64,000 bases of DNA from an uncultured delta proteobacterium (GTDB taxonomy: Bacteria > Desulfobacterota > Binatia > Binatales > Binataceae). The translations under genes and the position numbers were made by a program. The stretch spans positions 13,074-77,073 of the forward strand of contig CAVTEN010000039.1 of NCBI GenBank assembly GCA_963733715.1, written 5' to 3'. The notes beneath the pieces are model-generated. The model had not been told where the DNA came from, did not search any database, and was given only the letters and a program-made list of their open reading frames with translations. Positions 10,021-19,338 of the stretch are shown here, one piece after another; positions within the stretch are counted from its first letter, which is position 1, and each line of letters opens with the position of its first letter.

Positions 10021-10299
10021 CTAGTGCTTGTCGCCGCGATGACTCGCGACATTCGAAGCCGCAGCTGGATCATGGATTGGATGTGTCGCCGGTGCGCCAT
10101 CTCGCGCTGCGATCGATTGCGCGCATCGCATGTGCATCGGCGGTTCGCCGGTTATTTTGGTTCCAAAACCAAAACGGCCGCCGCAGTGATGGCATTTTTC
10201 GTCGGCCATCGCGCGCATGGTGTGACACTTGGCGTGATCGCAGGACCCTCGGCACGGCCCCCCGGCAATGCCGGGAGTGGGAATGATGATGACGCTCAT
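10021..10299 (-). CDS. small Cys/His-rich putative zinc-binding protein
   Basis: GAGGA RBS before ATG 10299; C-x3-C-x-H-x2-C ... C-x2-C ... H-x2-C pattern in 92 aa. Confidence 0.5.
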   Translation of the reverse strand: MSVIIIPTPGIAGGPCRGSCDHAKCHTMRAMADEKCHHCGGRFGFGTKITGEPPMHMRCAQSIAARDGAPATHPIHDPAAASNVASHRGDKH

Positions 10300-10611
10300 G
10301 TTTTTATCCTCGCAGTATCTTCTGCGGTAATTCGAAATACCCCAACCCCTCAACCCTCACATTAGAACTACTAACTATTTGTAGCAAGCCTGACACATAC
10401 AGTTAGTGGTCTTTTTATACTTTTGGTTTAGAGGCCGTTTCGCACTCCTATTTAACTTTACGCAATCTACTCCGATTGATTTTCATTCGCAAGAAGCCTT
10501 GGCGCAGATAAACGGATCAGGAAGTGGCTGAAGATTGCTAGAGATAGCATCTCATTGCCTAAGGTAGAAACAATCCGTGAGCGAGATCGATTAGGAGCGC
10601 AGCTAATGGGC

Positions 10612-11064
10612 TCAGGCGCTCGGCAACGAACTGCCGAGCAGATTGCGCGAGCGCTCGAGGTTGCGCTTGATGTAGCCGCGGACGTGACGCGCGACGCCCT
10701 CGTCGGCCTCGCCGAGCGCAACGGCGGTGGCGAACGCGGCCATAGCGGCTTCCATCGCGCGCCGGTCCGGCGGATTTTTCGCGCTGGCCCGAGTCGCGCG
10801 CGCGAGCGCGCCGCGGAGTCCGCCTTTTTTCGAGAGGTGCTTGTCGCCCAGCCGCTTGAGCGCCGCGAATGTTGCGCGCAGATCTTTCATCTCAGCCGCA
10901 TCGTACGCCGGCGCCGACTCGAGCACGGCCGCCGCGTGCGCGAGCATTCCGATCGCCGACATCGCCTGCCCCTGCGCGTACGGCGACGTCAGCTCAGGCA
11001 GGAGCGCCTCCATGATCGTCCGCTGCATCCCGCTTACCAGTTCATTCAACGTCGGCCGTAGCAT
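10612..11064 (-). CDS. small helical partner protein of the APH-like phosphotransferase
   Basis: Starts 9 bp after the kinase gene in the same orientation; 'RPTLNELV..M...I...LLPEL' N-terminus; function unknown. Confidence 0.65.
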   Translation of the reverse strand: MLRPTLNELVSGMQRTIMEALLPELTSPYAQGQAMSAIGMLAHAAAVLESAPAYDAAEMKDLRATFAALKRLGDKHLSKKGGLRGALARATRASAKNPPDRRAMEAAMAAFATAVALGEADEGVARHVRGYIKRNLERSRNLLGSSLPSA

Positions 11065-11073
11065 AGGAACTCC

Positions 11074-12078
11074 TCAGACCAATCGAAGTTGGTTGGCAAG
11101 GTCCTCGAACAACGCCGGCAGCAGCAATTCAAGAAACGGCATCACCGCGTCGGAGGTGCGCCCCTCGACGAAGTCGCGGATTCCGGTCAGGCAAATCACG
11201 GCCATCTTCGCGTTGCCGAGCACCTGGTAGAAAAACAGCCGCTCGCGATCGACGCGATGCCCGGTCTTCTTTTCGTACAGCCGATAGAACGCCTCGCGCT
11301 CCATCAGGCCGCCCGCCAGTTCTTCGCGCCCCCAGAACATCATCGACGCCCACCCGAGATCCTCCATCGGGTCGCCGAGATGCGCCATCTCCCAATCGAG
11401 CATCGCGATGATTCCGTTCTCGTCGTACAAATAATTTCCCGAACGATAGTCGCCGTGCACGATTACAATGCGATCGCTCACGACTGGATTGGCCTTCAGC
11501 CACGCGAATGCCGCGTCGAGAATCGGATAATGCTCGCCCATCCGATCGCGCTCATAGATCACGCTCCAGTGCGCGGCTTGGGCGCGTGCAGGCTCTTCCA
11601 GATTTTTAGGAGCTCCAAGAATCTCGAGTCCGCACTCGCGGTAGTCGAGCGACTGCAATCGCGCGAGCTCGCCAACGAAGTCCTCTGCGACTTTCGCGCG
11701 CAGCGGTTCAGGCTCTGTCGCCGGAAACGCTCCCATGCCGGTGCGGCCCGCCGCGCGATGCATGATGAAGAACGGACGATCCATCACGCTCGCGTCGAGC
11801 TCGAGGAACAGCGGCTCCGGAACCTTCAGGCCCGCGTGATGCACCGCCGCGATCACTCTGAACTCGCGCTCGCGATCAGACTTGAGCAGGCCTCCGGTCG
11901 GATCGCGCCGGCCGATCATCGGCCGCGTGCGCGTCTCGCCGCCTTCGCTCCATTCGAGCTCGAACGCATAGGTCTCGCGCGACGAACCGCCGGAAATTCG
12001 CCTGAGTCCCACCACGCGATGCTCGCGCGCGTGCGGCATCTGGCGCTTGAGATATTCAGTGAGTCGATTCTGATCCAA
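11074..12078 (-). CDS. APH/choline-kinase-like phosphotransferase (ACAD10/11 N-terminal type)
   Basis: 'GGSSRET', 'VHGDYRSGN', 'MLDWEMAHLGDPMEDLGW'. Confidence 0.9.
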   Translation of the reverse strand: MDQNRLTEYLKRQMPHAREHRVVGLRRISGGSSRETYAFELEWSEGGETRTRPMIGRRDPTGGLLKSDREREFRVIAAVHHAGLKVPEPLFLELDASVMDRPFFIMHRAAGRTGMGAFPATEPEPLRAKVAEDFVGELARLQSLDYRECGLEILGAPKNLEEPARAQAAHWSVIYERDRMGEHYPILDAAFAWLKANPVVSDRIVIVHGDYRSGNYLYDENGIIAMLDWEMAHLGDPMEDLGWASMMFWGREELAGGLMEREAFYRLYEKKTGHRVDRERLFFYQVLGNAKMAVICLTGIRDFVEGRTSDAVMPFLELLLPALFEDLANQLRLV

Positions 12079-12196
12079 TCTAGTGCCGGTTCTTTCGCGC
12101 CAGGGATTTCGGCGAGGTCGGCGCAAGCGCCGTCGCGTTCACCGACGCAGTAATGCCGCCCATCATGCTGCCATCGACGCGCGTTTTCCGAACGTC

Positions 12197-13117
12197 CTAC
12201 GCAAATGCCGGCATCACTTCCTTCGCGAACAATTCGAGCGTCGGCGGCGGCGCGAAGTCGCTGAAGAAAATCGTGAAAGTAGTGATTCCCATCGCGACGC
12301 GCTGTTTGAGTTGCTCGATCAACTGCTTCGGCGTGCCCTTGATTCCGGTCGTGACGAAGGGCTTAAGCATCTGTGCCGCTTTCCACTTCGCCTCGACTTC
12401 CGCGTCGCTCGAGCCGATGCACACCAGCAACTGCTCCGAGATGTCGATCGTATTCACGTCGCGCCCGACGTCCTTACAGTGCTGCTTGAGCACGTTGAAC
12501 TTGTGCTCGAAACTTTCGTAGCCGGCCGGACAATTCCATCGATCGGCGAACCGCGCGACCAGCTTCAACATGATCTTTTCGCCGCTGCCGCCGATCGTGA
12601 TCGGAGGATGCGGTTTCTGAACCGGCTTGGGATTGCAGATCGCTTCATTGATCTTGTAATGCCGTCCCTCAAAGGTCGCGCGCTTCTCGGTGAACATCGC
12701 CTTCATTATATGCAGGCCTTCCTCGAACATCTTGAGCCGTGTGCCCATCGACGGAAACTCGTAGCCGTACGCCTTGTACTCCTCGTCCATCCAGCCCGCG
12801 CCGTAACCGATTTCGAGACGGCCGTTGCTGATGTGATCGATCGTCGAGAGCGTCTTCGCGAGCAGGGCAGGATTGCGGTACGAGTTGCACATTACGAGCG
12901 TGCCGATGCGAATCTTGTCAGTCTTTGCCGACAGCCCTGCCATCAAGGCAAGGCATTCGTGGTGATCGAGGTCGGGCATCCCGCGGGTCCACATATGATC
13001 GACCAGCCAGATCGAATGGTAGCCGAGCTTCTCGCATCGATGCGCCCGCTCTTCGAGCTGATGCCACGACTGTCCGGCCTGCGGAGAGAACAAGGCAAAT
13101 TGGATTTTCTTACTCAT
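12197..13117 (-). CDS. LLM-class (luciferase-like) flavin/F420-dependent oxidoreductase
   Basis: 'SIWLVDHM', 'IGTLVMCNSYRNPALLAK', 'SNGRLEIGYGAGW..EEY', 'PPITIGG.GEK'. Confidence 0.9.
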   Translation of the reverse strand: MSKKIQFALFSPQAGQSWHQLEERAHRCEKLGYHSIWLVDHMWTRGMPDLDHHECLALMAGLSAKTDKIRIGTLVMCNSYRNPALLAKTLSTIDHISNGRLEIGYGAGWMDEEYKAYGYEFPSMGTRLKMFEEGLHIMKAMFTEKRATFEGRHYKINEAICNPKPVQKPHPPITIGGSGEKIMLKLVARFADRWNCPAGYESFEHKFNVLKQHCKDVGRDVNTIDISEQLLVCIGSSDAEVEAKWKAAQMLKPFVTTGIKGTPKQLIEQLKQRVAMGITTFTIFFSDFAPPPTLELFAKEVMPAFA

Positions 13118-13254
13118 TGAAACTTACTCCCGTGGATAATTGGCGTGAGCGTGAAACACCTGACGCCTCTGTTTCGCACGGCGAACCGCGGAGGGTCAAC
13201 CACCCTTCTTTTTCCCGTCCTCGGATTCAGCACTGCGCGCAACCGACTCCGCGT

Positions 13255-13296
13255 CCGGTTCCCCTTCCCGCGCGGGAAGGGGTTAGGGGTTAGGTT
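13255..13296 (+). repeat. REP family A copy 2
   Basis: CCGGTT-CCCCTTCCC-GCGC-GGGAAGGGG-TTAGGGG-TTAGGTT in a divergent intergenic region. Confidence 0.9.
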
Positions 13297-13357
13297 GCAA
13301 GCATCCGCAGTTCGCGCACTTGTGCGGCGACGCGAAATCGTGGAGAGGATTACCTCC

Positions 13358-14488
13358 ATGAAGATTCGACGACCCATCGTCCTTGACGTATTGGCGGTCC
13401 TGCTTTCTTTCGTTGTGCTGACTACATTCGCATCAGCAGCCGACTTCAAGGAAATCGGCGCATCAGGTAAACCGGGAATTTACCAATGGACATTCTTGGC
13501 GATCGTCGGCAAATCGCCGTTCGATAAGATCGCGCTGCATCGCCTCTGCAACGGACCGATTCCGCCCGCGCATCCCGAGGCCGTCGTGCTCTATTTGCCC
13601 GGCACCAACATGAACGGCGGAGTGGCGCTCGACGATCCGCGCTACTCGTTCCAGGTCTATCTTGCTCAGCAGGGTATTGACGTCTGGTCGATGGATTATC
13701 GCACGCATTTTATTCCGCCGCAGACGCCGCAGACCGATCTTTCCGAGCTGGCAGGATGGACCAATGATCTCTTCGAATCGGACATCAACGCCGCCGCGGC
13801 ATTTATCGGCGAAAAATCCGGCCGCGGCCGAATCTTCGTCGCCGGCTTCAGCCGCGGCGTCGAGTTCGCGTATCTCTTCGCCGCCAAGCACTATCCCGAG
13901 CGGGTCGCGGGAATCATCGCGCTCGACGGATTCATCCCGACTCATCCGATGCGCATTGAGCAGGGGACGCCTGGCCAATATGCCGTCGACATCGGCGGCA
14001 AACATCTTACCTACGACAAGCGGCGCACGCTGATGCAGATGGTGATCGACAATCCCGATCAGCCGGCGCCGATTCCAAAGTACAAGACCGCGCGCGAAAA
14101 CCTCGAGCACGTCATGTACGATGCGGCCCCCGGCAACGGCGCATTCGCGAATATGCAGGCCGGTCATTCCGATGCGGTAGTGCTCGCGAAACTGCTGATC
14201 GGTTACGATCGCTACTGGCCGTCGGTTCAGGACGGCGAGAATCCGTTCACGCCGCAACTGATCGCGTCGCTCAAGGCGTCAAAGATTCCGGTGATCGCGT
14301 TCGCTAGCACCAACTTCGGCCCGCAATGGCCCGGCGACGTCGAAGCAGCGTCGAAATCGACCGGCGCGCCCGACCCGTCATTCACCAAGCTCGACGGCTG
14401 GGGTCATCTCGACGTGTTGGCGGGTACGAAATCCGAAAGCCAGGTTTTCGCGCCGACGGCGGCGTGGATCAAGCAGCATGAGAAGTAG
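13358..14488 (+). CDS. secreted alpha/beta-hydrolase fold protein
   Basis: Signal peptide from ATG 13358; 'LYLPGT', nucleophile elbow 'AGFSRG', C-terminal 'GWGHLDV'. Confidence 0.75.
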   Translation: MKIRRPIVLDVLAVLLSFVVLTTFASAADFKEIGASGKPGIYQWTFLAIVGKSPFDKIALHRLCNGPIPPAHPEAVVLYLPGTNMNGGVALDDPRYSFQVYLAQQGIDVWSMDYRTHFIPPQTPQTDLSELAGWTNDLFESDINAAAAFIGEKSGRGRIFVAGFSRGVEFAYLFAAKHYPERVAGIIALDGFIPTHPMRIEQGTPGQYAVDIGGKHLTYDKRRTLMQMVIDNPDQPAPIPKYKTARENLEHVMYDAAPGNGAFANMQAGHSDAVVLAKLLIGYDRYWPSVQDGENPFTPQLIASLKASKIPVIAFASTNFGPQWPGDVEAASKSTGAPDPSFTKLDGWGHLDVLAGTKSESQVFAPTAAWIKQHEK

Positions 14489-14759
14489 GCGGATACTGCG
14501 GAGCGTCCGGCCGCGGCGGCGCGGGCTGGCTCGGCGCAGGAATAATCATCACCGCGGCGAGCGCCCATGCGCCGAGAATGAGTCCCGCAAGCGTCCATCG
14601 AAGAGCAGAGCGTCCGCGGCGTGACGCGACGATCGCGGTCAGCGGAGTCAGCGCGACATTTATAATGATCGACGTCGCGATCATATTCGCAGGCGGCTCG
14701 CGATACCCCATCAGGGCGAAGCCCGACGCGATACTCAGAATGCTGGCGAGTGTGGTCAT
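14469..14759 (-). CDS. small membrane protein
   Basis: Three hydrophobic segments, 'ASRRGRS..W..AGLILG.WAL', Pro-rich tail. Confidence 0.6.
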   Translation of the reverse strand: MTTLASILSIASGFALMGYREPPANMIATSIIINVALTPLTAIVASRRGRSALRWTLAGLILGAWALAAVMIIPAPSQPAPPRPDAPQYPPTSHAA

Positions 14760-14800
14760 CCGGTTTGCGCGGCGCGACCCTCTATATATAGTTGAAAGTC

Positions 14801-15154
14801 ATGGCACGCGGCGACAACGACAGCGACAACCTGATGAATCGGCTCCGCCAGATGAGCGAAGAGGGCATCACCGGCTTTTTCAACGAGATCATGTCCAACG
14901 ACAGGATGCGCTCGAGTTTCGGCAAGGCCGGTGAACGCTTCATGGCGAACAAGCAGTCGTTCGATCGCAACGTCGAGCAGGTGCTCGACTTCGTCAACAT
15001 TCCGTCCAAGCGTGACGTGCGCGACCTGAAGGCGCGGCTCGATCATCTGAGCTCGCAACTGCTGAACCTCAGCATCAAGCTCGATCGCATGCTCGACCAT
15101 GACGAACCCGCGAAAGCGAAGCCCGCGATTCGTCGCGCAAAGAAGCCGAGCTGA
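14801..15154 (+). CDS. phasin-like (PHA granule-associated-type) protein
   Basis: 'FVNIPSKRDVRDLKARLDHLSSQL' resembles the phasin 'N.PS..D+..L..RL..L' C-terminal coiled coil; Lys/Ala-rich tail. Confidence 0.55.
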   Translation: MARGDNDSDNLMNRLRQMSEEGITGFFNEIMSNDRMRSSFGKAGERFMANKQSFDRNVEQVLDFVNIPSKRDVRDLKARLDHLSSQLLNLSIKLDRMLDHDEPAKAKPAIRRAKKPS

Positions 15155-16297
15155 TCAGGCCGCGCGCAGACTGCGGCCTATCTCGACCAGGTCCGCGATA
15201 GTCCGCGGCTCGCGGCCGAGGTCCGGCGCGACCATCAGCACTGCGTCGGCGGGGAGCGATTCGCGCAGTGCGCCGAGCGAAACTTCCTCGCGAGTCTTGA
15301 GCGCTGCATAGTCGGCGAGATTCCGCTTCAGCTTTTTCTTTAGTGACGGCGCGATGTGTGCTGACGTCAGTTCGGCGGCGTCGGGCAGTTCCGCGAGCAC
15401 GCGATTTACCACCATCGCGGAGACTCGCAGGCCTGCACCCTCGAGCGCGCTGACAAATTCGCGCGCCTGCGCGATACGGCTCGACTCCGCGGTCGTAACG
15501 ATCACGATTGCGGTGTCCGACGCGCGCAGCTTGTCCCGGGCGCGCGCGGCGCGAGCCGAGAAGCCTTCGTACATCCCGTCGAAACTGCGGACGAACGACT
15601 GCACGTCGCTCAGCAGATTCAGCCCCGTCACGCGATCGAATGCCGCGAGCACGGCGCGTGCCGCTAAATCCACAATGCGAAGCTGGCTCTTGAACAACCC
15701 GGCGGGCGCGCCGAGCAGGCTGATTGCGCGCGAGTTGAGCAGTTCGAGCAGGCGCCGCGGCGCGTCGAGGAAGTCGATCGCCTCGGTCGCTGGCGGTGTA
15801 TCGAGCACAATCAGATCCGTGTCGGGATTGGCTGCGAGTTCGAGCAATTTTTCCATCGCCATGTAATCCGCCACGCCCGCAAGCGCGCCCGAGAGATTGC
15901 GATAGATTCGATTCTCGAGAATCGTGTCGCGCGCCGCGTCCGACAAAGCATAGCGCGCGATAATCGAATCGAAGGTGCGCTTCGGATCCAGCCGCAGCGC
16001 CCGCAGCCTCGCGCGATTGGACGCGTCGCCACGGCGCGCGTGGCGGATGCCCTCGAGGACGACCTCGACCGGCTCCGATGAATCCGCCTCGAGGCCGAGC
16101 GCGTCGAGCAGCCGCGGCGCGGGATCCACCGTCATCACATCGACCGCGCATCCGAGCATCGCGGCGCGCACCGCAATCGCGGCGCTGATGGTAGTCTTGC
16201 CGACGCCGCCGGGCCCCAGGCAGATGACGAGACTCTGCGCATTCAGGTCAAGAGACTTGCGATGCGCCGATTCCTTCGGATGTAGCTTCGGCTTCAT
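15155..16297 (-). CDS. ArsA/Get3-like P-loop ATPase, subunit 2
   Basis: 'CLGPGGVGKTT', 'TVDPA.RL.DALG', 'VLDTPP'. Confidence 0.85.
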   Translation of the reverse strand: MKPKLHPKESAHRKSLDLNAQSLVICLGPGGVGKTTISAAIAVRAAMLGCAVDVMTVDPAPRLLDALGLEADSSEPVEVVLEGIRHARRGDASNRARLRALRLDPKRTFDSIIARYALSDAARDTILENRIYRNLSGALAGVADYMAMEKLLELAANPDTDLIVLDTPPATEAIDFLDAPRRLLELLNSRAISLLGAPAGLFKSQLRIVDLAARAVLAAFDRVTGLNLLSDVQSFVRSFDGMYEGFSARAARARDKLRASDTAIVIVTTAESSRIAQAREFVSALEGAGLRVSAMVVNRVLAELPDAAELTSAHIAPSLKKKLKRNLADYAALKTREEVSLGALRESLPADAVLMVAPDLGREPRTIADLVEIGRSLRAA

Positions 16298-17178
16298 CGG
16301 CCGAGCAGTTTCGCATCGAGCACGCGGCCAAGTTTCTCGAGCTCGTGGCGGCCGATAGCCGGCGTGAACATCATCGGGAGGTTGATCGTCGACAGACCGG
16401 CGTCGGCGAATCGCGGCGCGACGAGCGCCGCATTCTCATGCGCGCAGTTTCGGCGCACCGCCAGGCGCGCGTGGCCGCCTAGCGGACTCAGCGAGGCGAG
16501 TTCCGAAGTGTCGAAGAGCAAATCGGGAACGCAGTTCATTATCGCGGCGACCGTGACTACTCCCAGCCGCTCGCGAATCGTCGCCGCGGTCTCCAGTGCC
16601 TCGCGCACCGCAAGGTCTTCCGGAGTGGTGGTGATCACCGCGCCGAAGCGGGTCGCGTCGCCGAGAAAGCTGTCGATCGAATCGGCCAGCCGATTCAGCG
16701 TGCCGGCCGGCGCGATTCCCTTCACCCCCGACGAGACCGAGAGCAGCTCGACGGCACTGCCCGACGCGGGCGCGTCGATCACGAGATAGCGATCCTCGAG
16801 CGCCGCATCTCCCGCCATGATCCGCAGCCGTTCCAGCAGCAAAAACGCTTCGAGGCCCGGCAGCGCCGCCGTCACATATCCGAAAGTCCGGCTGCGCAGC
16901 ATCCGGCGCGAGATCGCGCGAATCGGCACGATGCGCTCGATGAACGCCTCGAGCTCGGCGCGCGGCGTCAGTGCGATCACGTCGAGCGACTCGGTGACTT
17001 TAACCGCCGTCGAGTCAGTCGGCGTCGCGCCGAGCGCCGCGGCCGCCGACATCCTCCGGTCCAGGTCGGCGAGCGTGGTCGGACGCCGGCGCGACAGCGC
17101 AAGCGCAATCGCAGCGGCGACCGTACTCTTGCCGGTCCCCCCTTTGCCGGTTATGAACAAGACCCGCGGGATCGTCAT
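16294..17178 (-). CDS. ArsA/Get3-like P-loop ATPase, subunit 1
   Basis: 'GKGGTGKS', 'IDAPASG', 'TTPEDLAVRE'; overlaps the next gene by 4 bp. Confidence 0.85.
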   Translation of the reverse strand: MTIPRVLFITGKGGTGKSTVAAAIALALSRRRPTTLADLDRRMSAAAALGATPTDSTAVKVTESLDVIALTPRAELEAFIERIVPIRAISRRMLRSRTFGYVTAALPGLEAFLLLERLRIMAGDAALEDRYLVIDAPASGSAVELLSVSSGVKGIAPAGTLNRLADSIDSFLGDATRFGAVITTTPEDLAVREALETAATIRERLGVVTVAAIMNCVPDLLFDTSELASLSPLGGHARLAVRRNCAHENAALVAPRFADAGLSTINLPMMFTPAIGRHELEKLGRVLDAKLLGR

Positions 17179-17216
17179 CGGCTAGAATGTAGGGGTCGGG
17201 GAGCTGGCAGTAAACC

Positions 17217-17450
17217 TTGAGCACCGAAAATAGACCGCCCGCAATCGATTCGATGCTGATCGCGATACCGCCCGGGCAGATCGTGCTGTTCAAGTCGATC
17301 GTCGAGTCCTACGACAATCTCGCGACGCTGCGGACCGAGGATCCCGCGCGGCATCACCTGCGCATCTACTTTTCGGCAGATTCGCGCGACGAAGTCGAGG
17401 CGATGATGGCGTCGTTGGCGGCGCAGTTCGAGATCGAGAGGATAGAGTAG
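17217..17450 (+). CDS. DUF4911-like small protein
   Basis: 'I.PGQIVLFKSIVESYDNLATLRTED' resembles DUF4911 as I recall it. Confidence 0.65.
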   Translation: MSTENRPPAIDSMLIAIPPGQIVLFKSIVESYDNLATLRTEDPARHHLRIYFSADSRDEVEAMMASLAAQFEIERIE

Positions 17451-17530
17451 GACGGAATTTATTCCGTCAGCCCCGTCACACATCCCCGTCACAAAAATTA
17501 CAGAAATCGACGAAATAAATTTCGTCCTAC
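17447..17530. repeat. inverted doublet of GTAG-type REPs (REPIN/BIME-like)
   Basis: GTAGGACGGAATTTATTCCGTC (17447-17468) and the inverted copy GACGAAATAAATTTCGTCCTAC (17509-17530), enclosing CCCCGTCACA x2. Confidence 0.8.
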
Positions 17531-17646
17531 TATGTTGCGCAAAGCTCTCTCTTGTCCGAGGAGATGTTCTGAGTTTCCGAGAAAATGCGGGCGGATGTCA
17601 TGCTCGACATGCCGCCCGCGTCGGCGCTTCAAAGAGCGCGGTCAGG

Positions 17647-17862
17647 TTAATGGCATCTCCACCAGTGATGACGGCGGTAGTGGGGGTTGGCGCATGCCCA
17701 CGGCCGGTAGTACCCGATGGTCGTGAACGGAGCCGGCGCTACTACCTGTTGAACCACCAGCGGTCGCACAGGTCGAACGACGACCTCGGCGGATGCGACA
17801 TTGGGCATCGCCATCATCAGGAGCCCGAACATCGCGGCAACTATGGTTGTGTAGATTTTCAT
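17647..17862 (-). CDS. small secreted protein
   Basis: AGGAGG RBS, signal peptide ending 'ASA', 46-aa mature part with two Cys and a His/Trp/Arg-rich tail. Confidence 0.65.
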   Translation of the reverse strand: MKIYTTIVAAMFGLLMMAMPNVASAEVVVRPVRPLVVQQVVAPAPFTTIGYYRPWACANPHYRRHHWWRCH

Positions 17863-18100
17863 AACGGACCCTCCTGATCAGAATACGGACGCCGATAAAC
17901 GATGGTTACGAAGTCTAAACGGCTGTTAATGCAATAGTTTTGCTGGCGAGGAGGCCGATAAAGTGCGATCGCGAAGCCGCCTCCTGGTTCAGGGTCTCCA
18001 AGATACAAAATGAAGGATTTAGCTACCTCCGGGTCGGCGGTGGCATTAGATTAGTTACTTTAGCGGACCCCGATTGCGGCTGCCTTTACGTAGCGATATA

Positions 18101-18163
18101 CTACAAAGTGTAGCCTTCCTGCTACCATTGGTTCTTGACGTATTTCTGCCGCCTTGTTAGATT
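18101..18163 (+). promoter_or_regulatory. candidate operator CTACA-AAG-TGTAG plus sigma70 promoter for Tad cassette 1
   Basis: Palindrome 18101-18113; TTGACG (18135-18140), 17 bp, TAGATT (18158-18163). Confidence 0.5.
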
Positions 18164-18337
18164 ACGGCTCGACACGTTGGATTTAAGTGTGTTTTCGCAT
18201 CACAAACCGTCCTTCGAACTACCATCTGTTGCAGCCTTGCCATACAGAAGGACAGGTGATACGAAAATAAACTCTGAAGCCGGACGGTGTCATAAATTTC
18301 CTGTTCATCGTTTACGGTGAACTCTGAGGGGTCCTGT

Positions 18338-19319
18338 ATGAGAAAGATATTCGGAAAATCCAGTGGCCAGGTGATGGTTCTGTACGCCGGGGTAATTGCG
18401 GTTTTGCTCGGCGCGGTCGGGCTCTGCACTGATGTCGGTCTGATGTACTTCAACTGGCAGCAGCTCCAGAAGGCAGCCGACGCAGCGGCACTAGCTGGCG
18501 CCAACTATCTACCTAAAGATCCATCCACGGCTGTCAGTACTGCGCAGGCATGGCCTGCTGAACAATTCTGCGCTTACATCGGAGATTGTCGGCACACCTT
18601 CGGTGAACGCAGGCGACACGCAAATCAGTATCACCTTGAAACGGACGGTGCCTTACAACTTCGCGCAAGTGCTGGGCTTGGTCAGCAATGATGTTCAGGT
18701 GACGGCGATTGCGGCGATCGAGAGTGTGGGAGGAGCGGTAGGTTCGCCGGGAGGCGGCCACCTGGTTCCGGTTGGCTTCACTTGCCCGAATCCCACCACT
18801 AACCCGTGTACTACTCCCGGCGAGAATATCAACTTGCCAGGCGAGACCACCAACACAATGATAACGCCTGGCAACTGGGGTGGACTTCAGTACCCCGATA
18901 CCCAGCAATATACGGGCCAGCACTATTCAGACGCGATACAAAACGGCTACGAGGGAAGCACTCCAATTTTGCTGGGGACTGTCAGTAACATTAACTCGGT
19001 TACTGGTAATGACGTTAACAATTTCGCACCGTCAGGACTGGCTGCGCGATACAAAGCGGGCAGTTTGACCCTTCCGCTGCCATCGCCCATGACCGCAGCC
19101 GATCAAGCTGATCCACGTCTCATTGAAATTCCAATGGTATCGACCTTCGGGAACGGCAAGTCGATAACCTTGGACATCACCGGCTTCATAACCGCGTTGC
19201 TAATTCCAGACGGCCATGGCGCATACTACGCTCAGGTTCTTAATATTTCGCTAAGCAATCAGATTGCCAGCCAAGGCGCGCCGTCCACCGGGACCACCAC
19301 GCCAGTGTTGATCCAATAG
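18338..19319 (+). CDS. TadG-like pilus assembly protein, frameshifted near 18550
   Basis: 'SGQVMVLYA...DVGLMY..WQQLQKAADAAALAGA' (Tad_N motif) continues as 'GLLNNSALTSEIVGTPSVNAGDTQISITLKRTVPYNFAQVLG' in another frame; paralog of 20959-21999. Confidence 0.8.
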
Positions 19320-19338
19320 TGAACCAGGGAGTCTTTCC

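Noticed and set aside
13274-13296. Telomere-like (TTAGGGG)n sequence as a sign of a linear replicon end or eukaryotic contamination
   Set aside because: Only two units, always attached to the same hairpin, inside ordinary bacterial intergenic regions.
15155-17178. Arsenic resistance operon (arsA)
   Set aside because: No arsB/acr3, arsC, arsD or arsR nearby; the split pair with a deviant Walker A fits the Get3-like class.
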